From positions 1 through 64,000 of the IMG/VR virus record IMGVR_UViG_3300012665_000528: a stretch of DNA of 64,000 nt; one strand, 5' to 3'. The stretch comes from a virus (Duplodnaviria > Caudoviricetes). Positions 26,649 to 37,400 of this stretch are shown here, piece by piece. Position numbers and translations under genes: made by a program. The notes beneath the pieces are model-generated. The model was given only the letters and a program-made list of their open reading frames with translations. It was not told the origin of the DNA and did not search any database. Position 1 is the first letter of the stretch. Each line of letters starts with the position of its first letter.

Positions 26649-28654
26649 GTATGATATATTTTGTTACGGAGAACCAAGTTCTACGTCAAGAGATTAGAAA
26701 TAATCCATTGAGACGTATTGATACTTGTACTGTACAGATGTGTATAGACTCCATCACAGCAATGGAAGATGATTGTATAGGGTTTGATGTCGAGACACTT
26801 GGTTTTGACCCTTACACAGACCCTTTAGTATGTATTCAGATAGGTAATGCTCGTGCTCAGTTTGTTATCGATACATTTACAGTAGACATTCAACTCTTTA
26901 AACAGATACTAGAGACTAAAACTCTTATAGGTCATAACTTAAAGTTTGATATTAGATTCTTATTACACAATCGTATTATACCTAGTAGAGTGTTTGACAC
27001 TTTCCTAGCAGAGAAGACAACACACCTAGGGCTGGAAAGTCATAGATGTTCGTTGGCTGAGTGTGTGTTTAGGTATTTAGGTCTTGTAATGGACAAATCT
27101 GAGAGAGGAAAGATAAACGGAACATTTACTTACGATTTTATAATCTACAGTGCAATGGACGTAGCTTATCTGCACGAACTCAAGAGAATACAAGAGGAAC
27201 AAATCAATGAACTTGGATGTAATATATCCATAGAACTTGATAATAAGTTTGTCATCGTATTATCCTACATAGAGTATTGTGGGATGAAGCTAGACGTAGA
27301 CCAATGGTTAAGTAGGTTAGAAAGGATTAAGCAAGAATCAGAGGTTCATTTGTCTATCCTAGAAGACTTTGTTACCAAGAACTATAGAAAGTTTGTTGAA
27401 GAACAGATTGATATGTTCCAAACTAAAGTAAGGACTAAGATTAACTGGAACTCAGCTGCACAAGTAATCAAGCTGTTTACCTTAATGGGAGTAGATACTG
27501 AAGTTATCGTAGATGGTCAAGTAAAACACACTACAGAGAGCAGTCAACTAGTACCACAAATCGATAAGTTCCCTATTCTCGACACATACATTAAGTATAA
27601 AGAATGTCAGAAGAATATTGGAACCTATGGAGAGAACTGGATAAAGATGATTAACCCTGTAAGTGGAAGAATCCACACTCAGTACAAACAACTAATGAAT
27701 ACTGGTCGTTTGTCTAGTGGCGGTAAAAACATAGCCACTAAAGAATCCTATCCAAACTTTCAAAACATTCCTAGTGATGAGGAAACTAGAAGTTGTTTTG
27801 TAGCAGAGGAAGGGAATGTACTTATTGGCTGTGATTACACAGGTCAAGAACAGATTGTCCTAGTAAATAAGTGTTTAGACGAGAACCTATTAGAATTTTA
27901 TAGGAAAGATTTAGGTGACATGCATTCATTTGTAGCTTCTAAGATGTACGCAGAACTAGATGGATTGCCGTTAGACGAAATCAAGAAAAAGCACAAGGAC
28001 AAAAGACAAGCGGCAAAAGTCGCAGGATTTGCCATCAACTATGGCGGTAGTGGTAAGGGTATTGCTGAACAATTAGGATTATCTTTAGAGCAGGGACAAC
28101 ATATATACGAGTCCTACTTTAATGCATTTCCTGGTTTGAAGAATTACTTTGAAGAAGCCAAGAAATTTGGTACTACAAATGGCTACGTTCTTATATCAGA
28201 AGTAACAGGTAAAAGGTCTTTTGTAGACAATTACAAAGATTACTTAGAATTAAAGAAGAAGCAAGACAATGCGTTTTGGGAAAAGTACAAGAAACATAAG
28301 AAATCAGATACTCCTACTTACAAAGAGATGAAGAAGGAAGTACAGATTGTTAGTCAAAAGCGAGGAGCTATTGAACGTATGTCATTGAACTATCCAATCC
28401 AAGGTGAATCCGCAGAGATAACTAAGTTATCCTGTGTGAACTTCTGGAACAAATATCTGATTCCTCAGAACTTAGTATTTACTGTAAAATTTGTAAATAC
28501 AATACATGACGAGAATCTAATAGAATGTCCAGAGTCACTATCTGTAAGCTGTGCAGAAGCATTAAAATCAGCAATGGAAGTAGCAGGTGACAAGTTCTGT
28601 AAAACAATACCGTTAAGAGCAGAACCATGTACAGCAACTTATTGGAAAAAGTAA
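26639..28654 (+). CDS. polA: Family A DNA polymerase with 3'-5' exonuclease
   Basis: FDVET, GHNLKFD, YSAMDV exo motifs; TGRLSS, NFQNIP, DYTGQE (A), RQAAKVAGFAINYG (B), TIHDE (C). No intein or intron. Confidence 0.95.
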   Translation: MGVSMIYFVTENQVLRQEIRNNPLRRIDTCTVQMCIDSITAMEDDCIGFDVETLGFDPYTDPLVCIQIGNARAQFVIDTFTVDIQLFKQILETKTLIGHNLKFDIRFLLHNRIIPSRVFDTFLAEKTTHLGLESHRCSLAECVFRYLGLVMDKSERGKINGTFTYDFIIYSAMDVAYLHELKRIQEEQINELGCNISIELDNKFVIVLSYIEYCGMKLDVDQWLSRLERIKQESEVHLSILEDFVTKNYRKFVEEQIDMFQTKVRTKINWNSAAQVIKLFTLMGVDTEVIVDGQVKHTTESSQLVPQIDKFPILDTYIKYKECQKNIGTYGENWIKMINPVSGRIHTQYKQLMNTGRLSSGGKNIATKESYPNFQNIPSDEETRSCFVAEEGNVLIGCDYTGQEQIVLVNKCLDENLLEFYRKDLGDMHSFVASKMYAELDGLPLDEIKKKHKDKRQAAKVAGFAINYGGSGKGIAEQLGLSLEQGQHIYESYFNAFPGLKNYFEEAKKFGTTNGYVLISEVTGKRSFVDNYKDYLELKKKQDNAFWEKYKKHKKSDTPTYKEMKKEVQIVSQKRGAIERMSLNYPIQGESAEITKLSCVNFWNKYLIPQNLVFTVKFVNTIHDENLIECPESLSVSCAEALKSAMEVAGDKFCKTIPLRAEPCTATYWKK

Positions 28655-28678
28655 AACTAACTAAAACAAAGAAAAATT

Positions 28679-29236
28679 ATGGGAGCAAGTTTAATTGAAG
28701 TAAGAGGCAGAGGAGCCTCAATGCGTGAGGCATACAACAATGCAGTAGAAGATGCCACTTATGAACAGGGCAACGATCCGTATAATGGTACTATTAGTAC
28801 CACTAACGGAATTGTAGACGTAACTAAAGAGTTTAGAGCGTCAGGTAAAAGTATGGATGAATATGTAGACTACCTTTACGAAAATAATAAGTTACAGAAG
28901 TGGGGACCTGCACTAGGTATTTGTGTCAGTGAGCCAATAGTTAATACCAACAAGATTAAAACTCAAGTTGCTACTACACCTCAAAAGGGAACTCGTACCT
29001 GGAAGACAGTCTACCAAGTAAAAGTATACAATGGAGAAGTTATTGCTAGTAGTGAGTTTCAGATTGATGCTATTAAGAAAGGCCGTGAGTATACCGAAAG
29101 AACCAAAGAAGCTACGTCTGTGCATATTTCTAAGCAGTTAGTAGGTAGTAAAACACTAGTCTCTGAGATTACTTATAAGAAAGCAGACAAAGAATGTCCT
29201 GGTTTCTATCACTTTATAGCACTAGCAGCAGAATAA
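28679..29236 (+). CDS. Hypothetical protein
   Basis: ORF track. Confidence 0.75.
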   Translation: MGASLIEVRGRGASMREAYNNAVEDATYEQGNDPYNGTISTTNGIVDVTKEFRASGKSMDEYVDYLYENNKLQKWGPALGICVSEPIVNTNKIKTQVATTPQKGTRTWKTVYQVKVYNGEVIASSEFQIDAIKKGREYTERTKEATSVHISKQLVGSKTLVSEITYKKADKECPGFYHFIALAAE

Positions 29237-29481
29237 TGAAAGCAATGATAGAATATCAAGTAGAAAGAATGGAACTAGCTCAAGATATCTTTGTTGGAAA
29301 GAAGATTAAGTCAGTACGTTATGCTTCTCAAGAAGAACTTGAAGATTTACATTGGGACGAGGAGTTAATCGTTCTAGAGTTGGAAGACGGCACTTTGTTT
29401 TACCCTAGTAAAGATGGAGAAGGTAATAACTCTGGAGTATTAGTTGTACAACTACCTTCTGCTAAATTTCATCAGTTTTAA
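29194..29481 (+). CDS. Hypothetical protein (likely start 29236)
   Basis: TAATG coupling at 29234-29238. Confidence 0.65.
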   Translation: MSWFLSLYSTSSRIMKAMIEYQVERMELAQDIFVGKKIKSVRYASQEELEDLHWDEELIVLELEDGTLFYPSKDGEGNNSGVLVVQLPSAKFHQF

Positions 29482-29483
29482 TT

Positions 29484-30167
29484 ATGGCAAATCATTGTTA
29501 CAACTACGGTTACTTTATAGGTAAGCCAGAGGAGATTAAGAAGTTATTTGCACAGGTTAAAAAGATTGACCTAGAGACAGAGACTAATTACCGTCGTGGT
29601 GATGAAAGTGCTGAATTTACTCTATGGGCAGGTAACTATAGTAAAATCTTGATGAACAAACCTGAGCAAAAACCAGATGGTTCATTTCCTACTAAGTTTG
29701 ATGTGTATGACAAGTACGGCTCTAAGTGGTTTGAAGCTCACTTTGAGATAGCAACAGGACATACTGGAGATGAAGCAGGTATAATAATCTCAGGTGACAG
29801 CGCTTGGAGTCCCGTATTACCTTTCTTTGCTAAACTCTGTAAAAAGTATAAGTTGACTTGTGAAGGTAACTACGAAGAGTCAGGGATGGATTTTGCAGGA
29901 GAGTTTGTAATTGACGAAGATGGTAACATAGGAGAAGACCACATGACTTATCGGGAGTTTGAACAAAAGAACAACCCTGATAGTTACTGGGACTTAGTAG
30001 TTAATGAAATTCAAGAAGGTTACTACAATACGTTTGAAGATGTACTTGAACTGTTTAGTGATGAGTATTGGAAACTAACTAAAGAAGAGAAGGAAGAACT
30101 TAAAATTTACTTCAACGACTATAAAGACTCTGTAGAAGAGACTAGTAATGACCAAGAAACCATCTGA
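29484..30167 (+). CDS. DUF1281/YubB ferredoxin-like domain protein
   Basis: MANHC, KYGSKW, SAWSP, YEESGMDFAG motifs. Confidence 0.7.
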   Translation: MANHCYNYGYFIGKPEEIKKLFAQVKKIDLETETNYRRGDESAEFTLWAGNYSKILMNKPEQKPDGSFPTKFDVYDKYGSKWFEAHFEIATGHTGDEAGIIISGDSAWSPVLPFFAKLCKKYKLTCEGNYEESGMDFAGEFVIDEDGNIGEDHMTYREFEQKNNPDSYWDLVVNEIQEGYYNTFEDVLELFSDEYWKLTKEEKEELKIYFNDYKDSVEETSNDQETI

Positions 30168-30450
30168 AGAACAAATCTTAAAGGATATAAGAAGGGCCTA
30201 TGTGTTAGCACGGGCCCTTAATATCCAATATCAGTTTATCAGAGAGTATGTCAATTCAGACTTGTACAAAGCCATAAGTAGTGCTAAGGGTACTAACTCT
30301 TACTTCTTGAAACAGATTGACTTAGCCTTTGGGCGTAGGAATGTTACAAATCAATTGGATTATGACGAAGAAATGGCTTTTAAACTTCTTGAAGAATTAG
30401 AGAAGTTTGAGGAGTTAGAGCGAACTAACAAAAAAGAAAAGAATGATTAA
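30148..30450 (+). CDS. Hypothetical protein
   Basis: ORF track. Confidence 0.7.
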   Translation: MTKKPSEEQILKDIRRAYVLARALNIQYQFIREYVNSDLYKAISSAKGTNSYFLKQIDLAFGRRNVTNQLDYDEEMAFKLLEELEKFEELERTNKKEKND

Positions 30451-30880
30451 CAGAGTTTATTTACCTGCACAGCTGGTAAAAAAGAATGATGGTACTAGTT
30501 ACCTTAAAATAGATAGAGACTTGCTACAAGAGTATTATGGTGCCGTTATGAACAACTCTAATGAGGTAGATGTCGAGGTATGTATTACCCGAGTAGACAG
30601 TAAGAAGAGTTTGCAACAACTAAGATATTTTTATAGTGTAGTTGTACCTATAATCAGAGGGGGATTAGAAGATCTACAGGGAGAAAGTTTAACTAAAGAA
30701 GAAGTTATTATGTTCCTTAAAGATAAATTCTTCTACGAAGATGTCCCAACAAACAACACATACGTAAGACTACCTATGTCTTTGTCTAAAGCAACTAAAG
30801 AAGAAACTACTAAGTTTATTTCTAATGTTATTAACTTTGGAAATGACATATTAGGAGTACGTTTCCCAGAATCTAACTAA
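30443..30880 (+). CDS. NinB/Orf-like recombination accessory protein (tentative)
   Basis: KSLQQLRYFY...SLSKATKEE resembles NinB-like proteins. Confidence 0.5.
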   Translation: MINRVYLPAQLVKKNDGTSYLKIDRDLLQEYYGAVMNNSNEVDVEVCITRVDSKKSLQQLRYFYSVVVPIIRGGLEDLQGESLTKEEVIMFLKDKFFYEDVPTNNTYVRLPMSLSKATKEETTKFISNVINFGNDILGVRFPESN

Positions 30881-30887
30881 ATTTATT

Positions 30888-31274
30888 ATGAGCTTTGAAA
30901 ATAACACAATAAGAAAAGAAATAGCCCAAGAGGTTAAGGACTTTGAACAAGCCTTACTAGACAGAGATAAGAACGAGCAAGCCTTACGATACAATCAAGG
31001 TAAGTTAGAATGGTCATTGGTTGACTTTGACTCATTAGAAGGTCTAGTTAGAGTTTTAGAGTACGGGAAAGACAAGTATGCTAGAGACAACTGGAAGCTA
31101 GGTATGCCAGTAACTCAAGTTACAGAGAGTTTAATGAGGCATTTGTTTGCTTTTGCTAAAGGTGAAGATGTAGACCCTGAGTCAGGCTGTCGGCACATCT
31201 CCCACGTATTGTGCAATGCAATGTTCTTAGAATACATCTTAAGAGAAAAACAACACTATGATGATAGGAAATAG
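30888..31274 (+). CDS. dATP/dGTP diphosphohydrolase-domain protein (DUF5664-like)
   Basis: RYNQGKLEWSL, EYGKDKYARDNW, SLMRH, DPESGCRHISH. Confidence 0.85.
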   Translation: MSFENNTIRKEIAQEVKDFEQALLDRDKNEQALRYNQGKLEWSLVDFDSLEGLVRVLEYGKDKYARDNWKLGMPVTQVTESLMRHLFAFAKGEDVDPESGCRHISHVLCNAMFLEYILREKQHYDDRK

Positions 31275-31500
31275 AGTAACCCTAACGACTTATAATTTCT
31301 TCCGTAAGAAAAAAGGACAGAGAAATACTGTTTTTCTCTTTTTCTTTCTCATTCCACAATGTTCGTTGTCTAGAACATCCACTCAAGTACTAGTAAATGT
31401 ACATTTGGGTTGGTTGTTTTGGTCACTTACGCTAACCATTTTAAAAGATTATGATACTAAACGAACAATACTTAGAAAGCACGGCAGTAAGCCAAAGTAG
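31258..31500 (+). CDS. Small hydrophobic hypothetical protein
   Basis: ORF track; fills the gap between neighbours. Confidence 0.4.
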   Translation: MMIGNRVTLTTYNFFRKKKGQRNTVFLFFFLIPQCSLSRTSTQVLVNVHLGWLFWSLTLTILKDYDTKRTILRKHGSKPK

Positions 31501-32422
31501 ACTTAAAAAGCTGCTGCTACACCCACAGATGTATCTGAATGCCTATAGCAATTCAGAATTAGAAGAGCCTAAAGAAACTTCAGTTATAGGAGATGCAGTA
31601 GACTTAATCTTAACTCAAGGAGATGATATCTTTCACAATAGTTTTTATATTACCGATGCAGAAAGACCTACAGCACAGATGGGAGACTTTGTTTGGAACT
31701 TATATATAAACCGAAATGATTCTAATGCAGAACAAATTGCATATGATACTGTAGGATTTAAGAGAGACAAAATAGAGAAGGTTCGTGAAAGATTTGATAA
31801 GGAAGGCAGAATGTACTATGAAGCTTTGTTAGAGGCTGAAGGTAAAAGTACTATCAGCACACATCAGATGTCTAAAATTAATGCAATCGTAGATAGTTTA
31901 AGGACAAATCCTTTTACTGCAGATTGGATTATGGGTAATGACGATTTAGAGCTATATAAACAAGTTGTGCTGGACTTTGAGTACTTAGGTGTACAATGCA
32001 AAGGTTTAGTGGATTTGATTGCCGTAGATCGCAAAAGATGCATCGTATATCCAATCGACATAAAGACTAGTTCATCTTCTACAGGGACATGGGCACATAC
32101 TATGTTTTGGAAATTCCGATATGATATCCAAGCAGCATTTTATACCTTTGGAATTAAGAGCAGTGGTTTACTTAATGAGTTAGGTTGTGATAAGGTACAT
32201 CCGTTTAGATTTATCGTAGAGAACCAAGACTTTCCAGGTAATCCTCTTATCTATCAGGTAAGTGATGCTATTGCACAGCTAGGTCAATTTGGAGGTACTG
32301 TAGATGGTAGAACTTACGAAGGGTTTCATCAAGCTATTGAAAGATATAAATGGCATACAAAGAACGACTTATGGCAATATCCAATGCACGATTATATAAA
32401 CAACGGTATAAGGACCATATAA
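31451..32422 (+). CDS. PD-(D/E)xK exonuclease (DUF3799/RecE-like)
   Basis: SQSRLK, CKGLVD, DIKT, YDIQAAFY. Confidence 0.85.
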   Translation: MILNEQYLESTAVSQSRLKKLLLHPQMYLNAYSNSELEEPKETSVIGDAVDLILTQGDDIFHNSFYITDAERPTAQMGDFVWNLYINRNDSNAEQIAYDTVGFKRDKIEKVRERFDKEGRMYYEALLEAEGKSTISTHQMSKINAIVDSLRTNPFTADWIMGNDDLELYKQVVLDFEYLGVQCKGLVDLIAVDRKRCIVYPIDIKTSSSSTGTWAHTMFWKFRYDIQAAFYTFGIKSSGLLNELGCDKVHPFRFIVENQDFPGNPLIYQVSDAIAQLGQFGGTVDGRTYEGFHQAIERYKWHTKNDLWQYPMHDYINNGIRTI

Positions 32423-32423
32423 A

Positions 32424-32903
32424 ATGAGCAGTAAGAATTTTATGATCCTCAACAAACAAACTTTAACTAGTCGATACTTAAGTGCGCTTATATTTAATAA
32501 GGAAGCACTACCGACACTACGTAGTTTTGGTTTGATAAATGCCTATCTAGATGATTACGGATATCATAAGCGTTACTCAGCGGATTGTCTATTCTTTCTC
32601 TTTAGTAGTAAGGGAAAACAAGAGTATGATAGCTTTGAAAGAAAGATAAGTGACTTTGCATCCTTTCATGACTATTATGAAGTACCTCAACCTGAAGACT
32701 TACAGAGAATGTATGTCTTTAAAGTACACCCTGTCTACAAGAGAGACCTGTTTAGTTTTAAGCATAATCGTTTTGATGAACTTAGTAAGCAGTTCTTTCA
32801 TGTGGTAGACTCTGAGATAAATTTAGCAGAATTATCCGTAGAACTTGACAAAGAAATCTATCGGTTTAACAATTACTTAGAAACAATAAAGGAGGGTTTA
32901 TAG
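32424..32903 (+). CDS. Hypothetical protein
   Basis: ORF track. Confidence 0.75.
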   Translation: MSSKNFMILNKQTLTSRYLSALIFNKEALPTLRSFGLINAYLDDYGYHKRYSADCLFFLFSSKGKQEYDSFERKISDFASFHDYYEVPQPEDLQRMYVFKVHPVYKRDLFSFKHNRFDELSKQFFHVVDSEINLAELSVELDKEIYRFNNYLETIKEGL

Positions 32904-32912
32904 CCCTCCTTT
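32888..32912. terminator. Bidirectional terminator between convergent genes
   Basis: AAAGGAGGG-TTTATAG-CCCTCCTTT. Confidence 0.7.
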
Positions 32913-32942
32913 ACTTTTAACTAAACAAATATAAACACTCAA

Positions 32943-33266
32943 TTACAGAATCTCGTCAGAAATCTCTGACAAGTCTTCTGGAATCGGCAATTCTTGAACG
33001 GGTTCTACAACTACTTCCTCAACTTCTTCAACCTCCTCTTCTGTAGTAGGAGTAGCACTAAGCTTACCTTCATCAGCAAGTCTTTCCATGATGCTATTCT
33101 TAGCTTGAGTTGCCAATGCAAACATCTCCATTAAAGTGTTTAATGGCACTTGGCTAATAGCAACAGTTTGTAAATCTACTACTTGTAATAGAGCAGCTAG
33201 TTCAGTTCCTTTAAGTGTAATTACCTCGTCAGGTTTCCAGTACACGGTTGATTGTTGGCTTTCCAT
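32943..33266 (-). CDS. Solitary minus-strand protein with acidic tail
   Basis: ORF track; own TATATTTG element at 33286-33293. Confidence 0.75.
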   Translation of the reverse strand: MESQQSTVYWKPDEVITLKGTELAALLQVVDLQTVAISQVPLNTLMEMFALATQAKNSIMERLADEGKLSATPTTEEEVEEVEEVVVEPVQELPIPEDLSEISDEIL

Positions 33267-33285
33267 AATTTTATTTATTATGTTT

Positions 33286-33313
33286 CAAATATACCTCTAA
33301 GTTAATAACTTTG
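33286..33313. promoter_or_regulatory. Back-to-back Bacteroidota-type -7 elements
   Basis: TATATTTG on minus (33286-33293) and TAACTTTG on plus (33306-33313). Confidence 0.6.
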
Positions 33314-33739
33314 CAAATTAAGATGTCAAAACTAAGTCACCAAATCAAGAAAAATAAGCTCTACATGGACATAGCCCATAGAGTAGCTAAAGAGTCGTAT
33401 TGTAAACGGTTAGAGGTAGGTGCTGTTATAGTCAAAGATGGGAATATTATATCATTCGGATATAACGGAACACCTAGTGGTATGCCTAACAAATGTGAAG
33501 AGAACGATGTAACTTTGAGCTACATTCTTCATGCAGAGTCTAACGCTATTACAAAAGCTTGTAAGAGCACTATAAGTACATTGGGAGCAAGTATGTATAT
33601 CACACACTCTTGTTGTCTTGAATGCGCTAGGCTAATTATACAAAGTGGTATTAAAGAAGTATACTATGCAGAAGAATATAGATCACCCGCAGGACTTAAC
33701 CTACTTAAGAATTGTAAAATAAAACTAACCAAACTATAA
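33311..33739 (+). CDS. dCMP deaminase (likely start 33323)
   Basis: HAESNAI and CxxC (CLEC) Zn motifs; FGYNGTPSG. Confidence 0.9.
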   Translation: MQIKMSKLSHQIKKNKLYMDIAHRVAKESYCKRLEVGAVIVKDGNIISFGYNGTPSGMPNKCEENDVTLSYILHAESNAITKACKSTISTLGASMYITHSCCLECARLIIQSGIKEVYYAEEYRSPAGLNLLKNCKIKLTKL

Positions 33740-33741
33740 AT

Positions 33742-34026
33742 ATGAGCACATTTAAATTAAGAGGACACAGAGTATTACTTACTCGTCCTGAAAAGAAAGA
33801 CCTAGGCTTAGTTGTAAGCAAGGAAATGCAAGAACAACTAATTATAGAAGAGCTTCAGAACATGAAGTCTTTATCTGTATTTGCAGTTGGAGATGAAGTA
33901 ACAGATATTTTTCCTGAAGACTTGGTACTTGTACCTACTTCTACTTTAATGCACGCAGAAGTAGTCAAAGTAGACGAGCAAGACAGAATCATGGTAAGAG
34001 CTATGGACATTGCAATCATTTGGTAA
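33742..34026 (+). CDS. groES: GroES-like co-chaperonin
   Basis: LRGHRVLL, mobile-loop-like GLVV, VFAVG. Confidence 0.65.
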   Translation: MSTFKLRGHRVLLTRPEKKDLGLVVSKEMQEQLIIEELQNMKSLSVFAVGDEVTDIFPEDLVLVPTSTLMHAEVVKVDEQDRIMVRAMDIAIIW

Positions 34027-34035
34027 CCTAAAGAC

Positions 34036-34371
34036 ATGAATAAACTATTTTATTACTCGGAAGTAGAAAAGACATCTCACGAAGATGAGATGGACATTAT
34101 CCGCAAGAACGGATACTCTTTTAACATTGACATGGTTATGTTAACTTATCCTGATAAAGATGGATTAGCTATCGTTTTATCTAGTAATGCAGATAAGATG
34201 AATCCTATCGACTATCAATATAAGATTAATCCAGAGACAAAGCAGAAAGAGCCAGTAAAGATTACAAAGTTTGAGGTGACTAGTGAGCCCATCGTGCTTG
34301 TCTTAAAAGATCAAAGTGATATCTTAAGATTCTTAAAAGCTACGGGAGGTCCCGATAAGCTAGAGAACTAA
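34036..34371 (+). CDS. Hypothetical protein
   Basis: ORF track. Confidence 0.7.
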   Translation: MNKLFYYSEVEKTSHEDEMDIIRKNGYSFNIDMVMLTYPDKDGLAIVLSSNADKMNPIDYQYKINPETKQKEPVKITKFEVTSEPIVLVLKDQSDILRFLKATGGPDKLEN

Positions 34372-34392
34372 AACTAAACATTAATTAATAAT

Positions 34393-34418
34393 AAGGGGGC
34401 TTCGGTCCCCTTTTTTTT
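34393..34418 (+). terminator. Intrinsic terminator ending the replication block
   Basis: AAGGGGGC-TTCG-GTCCCCTT + T run. Confidence 0.85.
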
Positions 34419-34432
34419 ACTTATAGCTATGG

Positions 34433-34462
34433 TTTACTTTTTTATAGGTTAACTTATATTTG
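34433..34462 (+). promoter_or_regulatory. Bacteroidota-type promoter for the tail fibre
   Basis: TTTA (34433) and TATATTTG (34455-34462), 8 nt before ATG. Confidence 0.7.
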
Positions 34463-34470
34463 TACTAGTT

Positions 34471-37400
34471 ATGCCTAGTAATCCATTATTACCTCAGGAG
34501 TTATTGTCCTTCATTCAAGCATCTGCACAGAATGGCATTAATCCTCCCAGCCTGCCTTCTGGATATGTTTATGCTACTCCACCAACAAGTGACGGGCATT
34601 TATACTTAAGAAGGTTTGATGCTGCTTATATTCAGACAGGAATCATTGACCCTAATCGTTTGGGTACAGGGGCTACAGGTGCAGGTAATCTTTACTTAGC
34701 CGATGACGGAGTGTGGAAACCTGTTGCAGGAGGAGGTGGAGGTGGTGATATGTATAAGGCCACTTACGACACAGACAATAGTGGAATCGTAGACAAAGCA
34801 GAAGCCTTAATGACCTTGGGAAGAAACTCTACAGGGGCTGTTCTACGTAAGGGTACAGTAATCAGAATACAAGGCTCAACAGGGCATCTTCCTAATTTTG
34901 TAAAAGCCCAAGGTAACAACGATGCTAACTCGGCACAAACCTTTGGTGTAGTTGCAGCGGACATAAACAACAACTCAGATGGGTATGTTATTGTTCAAGG
35001 AACGATTGATACTTTAGATACTCGTTCAGTAGCAACACATCCTTTTACAGACGTAACTTTAGCAGATGGAGATATTCTTTATCTTCACCCTACCATAGCA
35101 GGTTATCTTACAAATGTAAAACCTTCTGCCCCTCAACACTTAGTTTACGTAGGGGTCGTAACTAGAACCTCTCCAACTAACGGAACAATAGTTTATCGTA
35201 TTCAGAACGGATACGAGTTAGATGAGATTCATGATGTAGCTATTTCTTCAAAGACCAATAACGATCTTTTGGTTTATGAATCGGCTTCATCTCTTTGGAA
35301 AAACAAAACCTTCTCAGCAATCTTTGGAGGTACTCCTTTGGTCTCAGTTCCTACACTTGATGCAGTTACAACGGCTGGGAATACGACTACTAATGCGATT
35401 ACTGTAGGTGGGTTTACAAGCAATGCAAGTTCAACAATTGTTGGAGCAGCCGCAGGAACCATTGGTACAAGAGTTCTCACAATAGAGGGAAGTCATCCCG
35501 AAATATGGTTTAAGGATACTTTTGTAGGAGAGCCAAGTTTTGCGTTAAGTCAATATGGAAGTGCTTTTTACTTTGCAAGAACATCAAGTACAGGAGTATT
35601 TACAAGTTATGCAGGAGCAATAGTTGGCGCTAGATGGTCTTTTGGGCATGGTGGAAATCCTACTGCTACTGTACATATTAAAGGTTCTGATGTATTGTCC
35701 TCTACAAAAGCATTCCTTGTTCAAAACAGTTCTCCTAGTGATTTATTAACTATATGGAATGACGGAGCAGTAGGAATTAACACATCTACCAATGCAGGAT
35801 ATAAGTTAGATGTTAATGGGACTGCGAGAATAGTAAATAAAACAAACATAGGTAGTGAGACCGTTTCTCAAGGATCATTATACATTGGGCATAACGGAAC
35901 CGCTGGTGGAAGTAATGGAACCTCAACTGTATTCTTTGTGTCTCAGTTTGGAAACTATCCTTATAGACTAGGGGCTGAAGGTAACGGATATGACTTTTAT
36001 TTAAGACAAGCAAATGGAGGTCAAGGGAGTATAAATATTGACTTTAGTGGATTAAATAGTATTTCTTACAACATAACAAATACAAATGTATTAAATCAGT
36101 CTTTTGGAAAAAGCGTTGTTATAGACGCTAAAATGAGCCTTAACTCCTACTTAGCAATAGGAACACGTTTTGGGTATAGCGACTCAGTTACAGCAGGCGA
36201 TAGTCCGTTGATATTCTTTAGATCAATGAGTGGCAGTTACTATGATAAAACATTAGATGCTGCTGTGACTATTCGTAATGGTTTACCAACAGTTGCTGAT
36301 AATAACATTACCAAAAATACAGCATATTGGTATAGAAACGGATATATCGGAATAGGAACTTCAACAACCCTCTCTGCAACAAATACATTAAAAGGTGCAA
36401 TTACTATAAACCAAGGGACAACAATAGGATATCAGAACCTAACCCCTGGAAGTTTATCGTCTGTAATTACGTCTGGAACATCTGCAACAGTAACATTTAC
36501 TCCAAACAACGGAAATGGAGTTCCAGGATACGATATTATTGTAGGTACAATTATCACAGCCAACGGAGTTAGTAGAAGAGTAACAGCAGTAAATTACCAA
36601 AGTGTCACAGTTGACAGCGCAGTAGATTGGAGTGCAGGATATAACTATACTTATAGAAATCCATACGTAAGTATAGCGGATGGGTCTACACCAATTTTTG
36701 ATATATCTCCGTCAGGAAACGTAGGTATTGGAACAACAAGTCCAACAGCTAAGTTACATATAAAAGGAACAGGAGATAGTTCTGTTTGGATAACTACAGA
36801 CGATTTTAATGGTGGAACCAATACTGGATCTGTTATAAGAATTGGAACAAGAAATTCAACTGGAAATACGGCAGGTTGGATTGACACATTAAACAACGGT
36901 TACTCTTCTTATGGGAACTTAATGCTTAATGCTTTTGGCGGAAACGTACTCATAGGCACTACTACCGATGCAGGATATAAGTTAGATGTTAATGGGACTA
37001 TGAGGGTAACTGGAGTTGCGTCATTAAGTTCTATAGCATCTCAAACAACTATTGTTAATGGAGCAGTATTTAATGCAGATACAATCAGTTTTAATATTAT
37101 TGGTGGTAGAGGAAATAATCAAGAAGGAATTTTAAATCTAACTAGCACAGTAGGTTCTTATACTCCAAACTTTGGTGGAATTAAGAATATGCTTAATATT
37201 GGTGGAAACTTTACAGTAGGAACATCAGCTACAGGAGATGTTAACTTTCTTAATATTAATCCAACAATAAATTACCCAGTTGGGTCATCTGGAACTCAAA
37301 GAGGAATATACATTAATCCTACATTAACAAGAGTAACCAACTATAAAGCAATTGAAGTAGCTCAAGGTGTGATAGTTACGACTTCACCAATCACAGCAGC

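Noticed and set aside
26639-28654. Intein or intron in DNA polymerase (also checked RNAP and helicases)
   Set aside because: Motif spacing is normal, no frame breaks, no intein-like C...HN segments or LAGLIDADG/HNH inserts seen.
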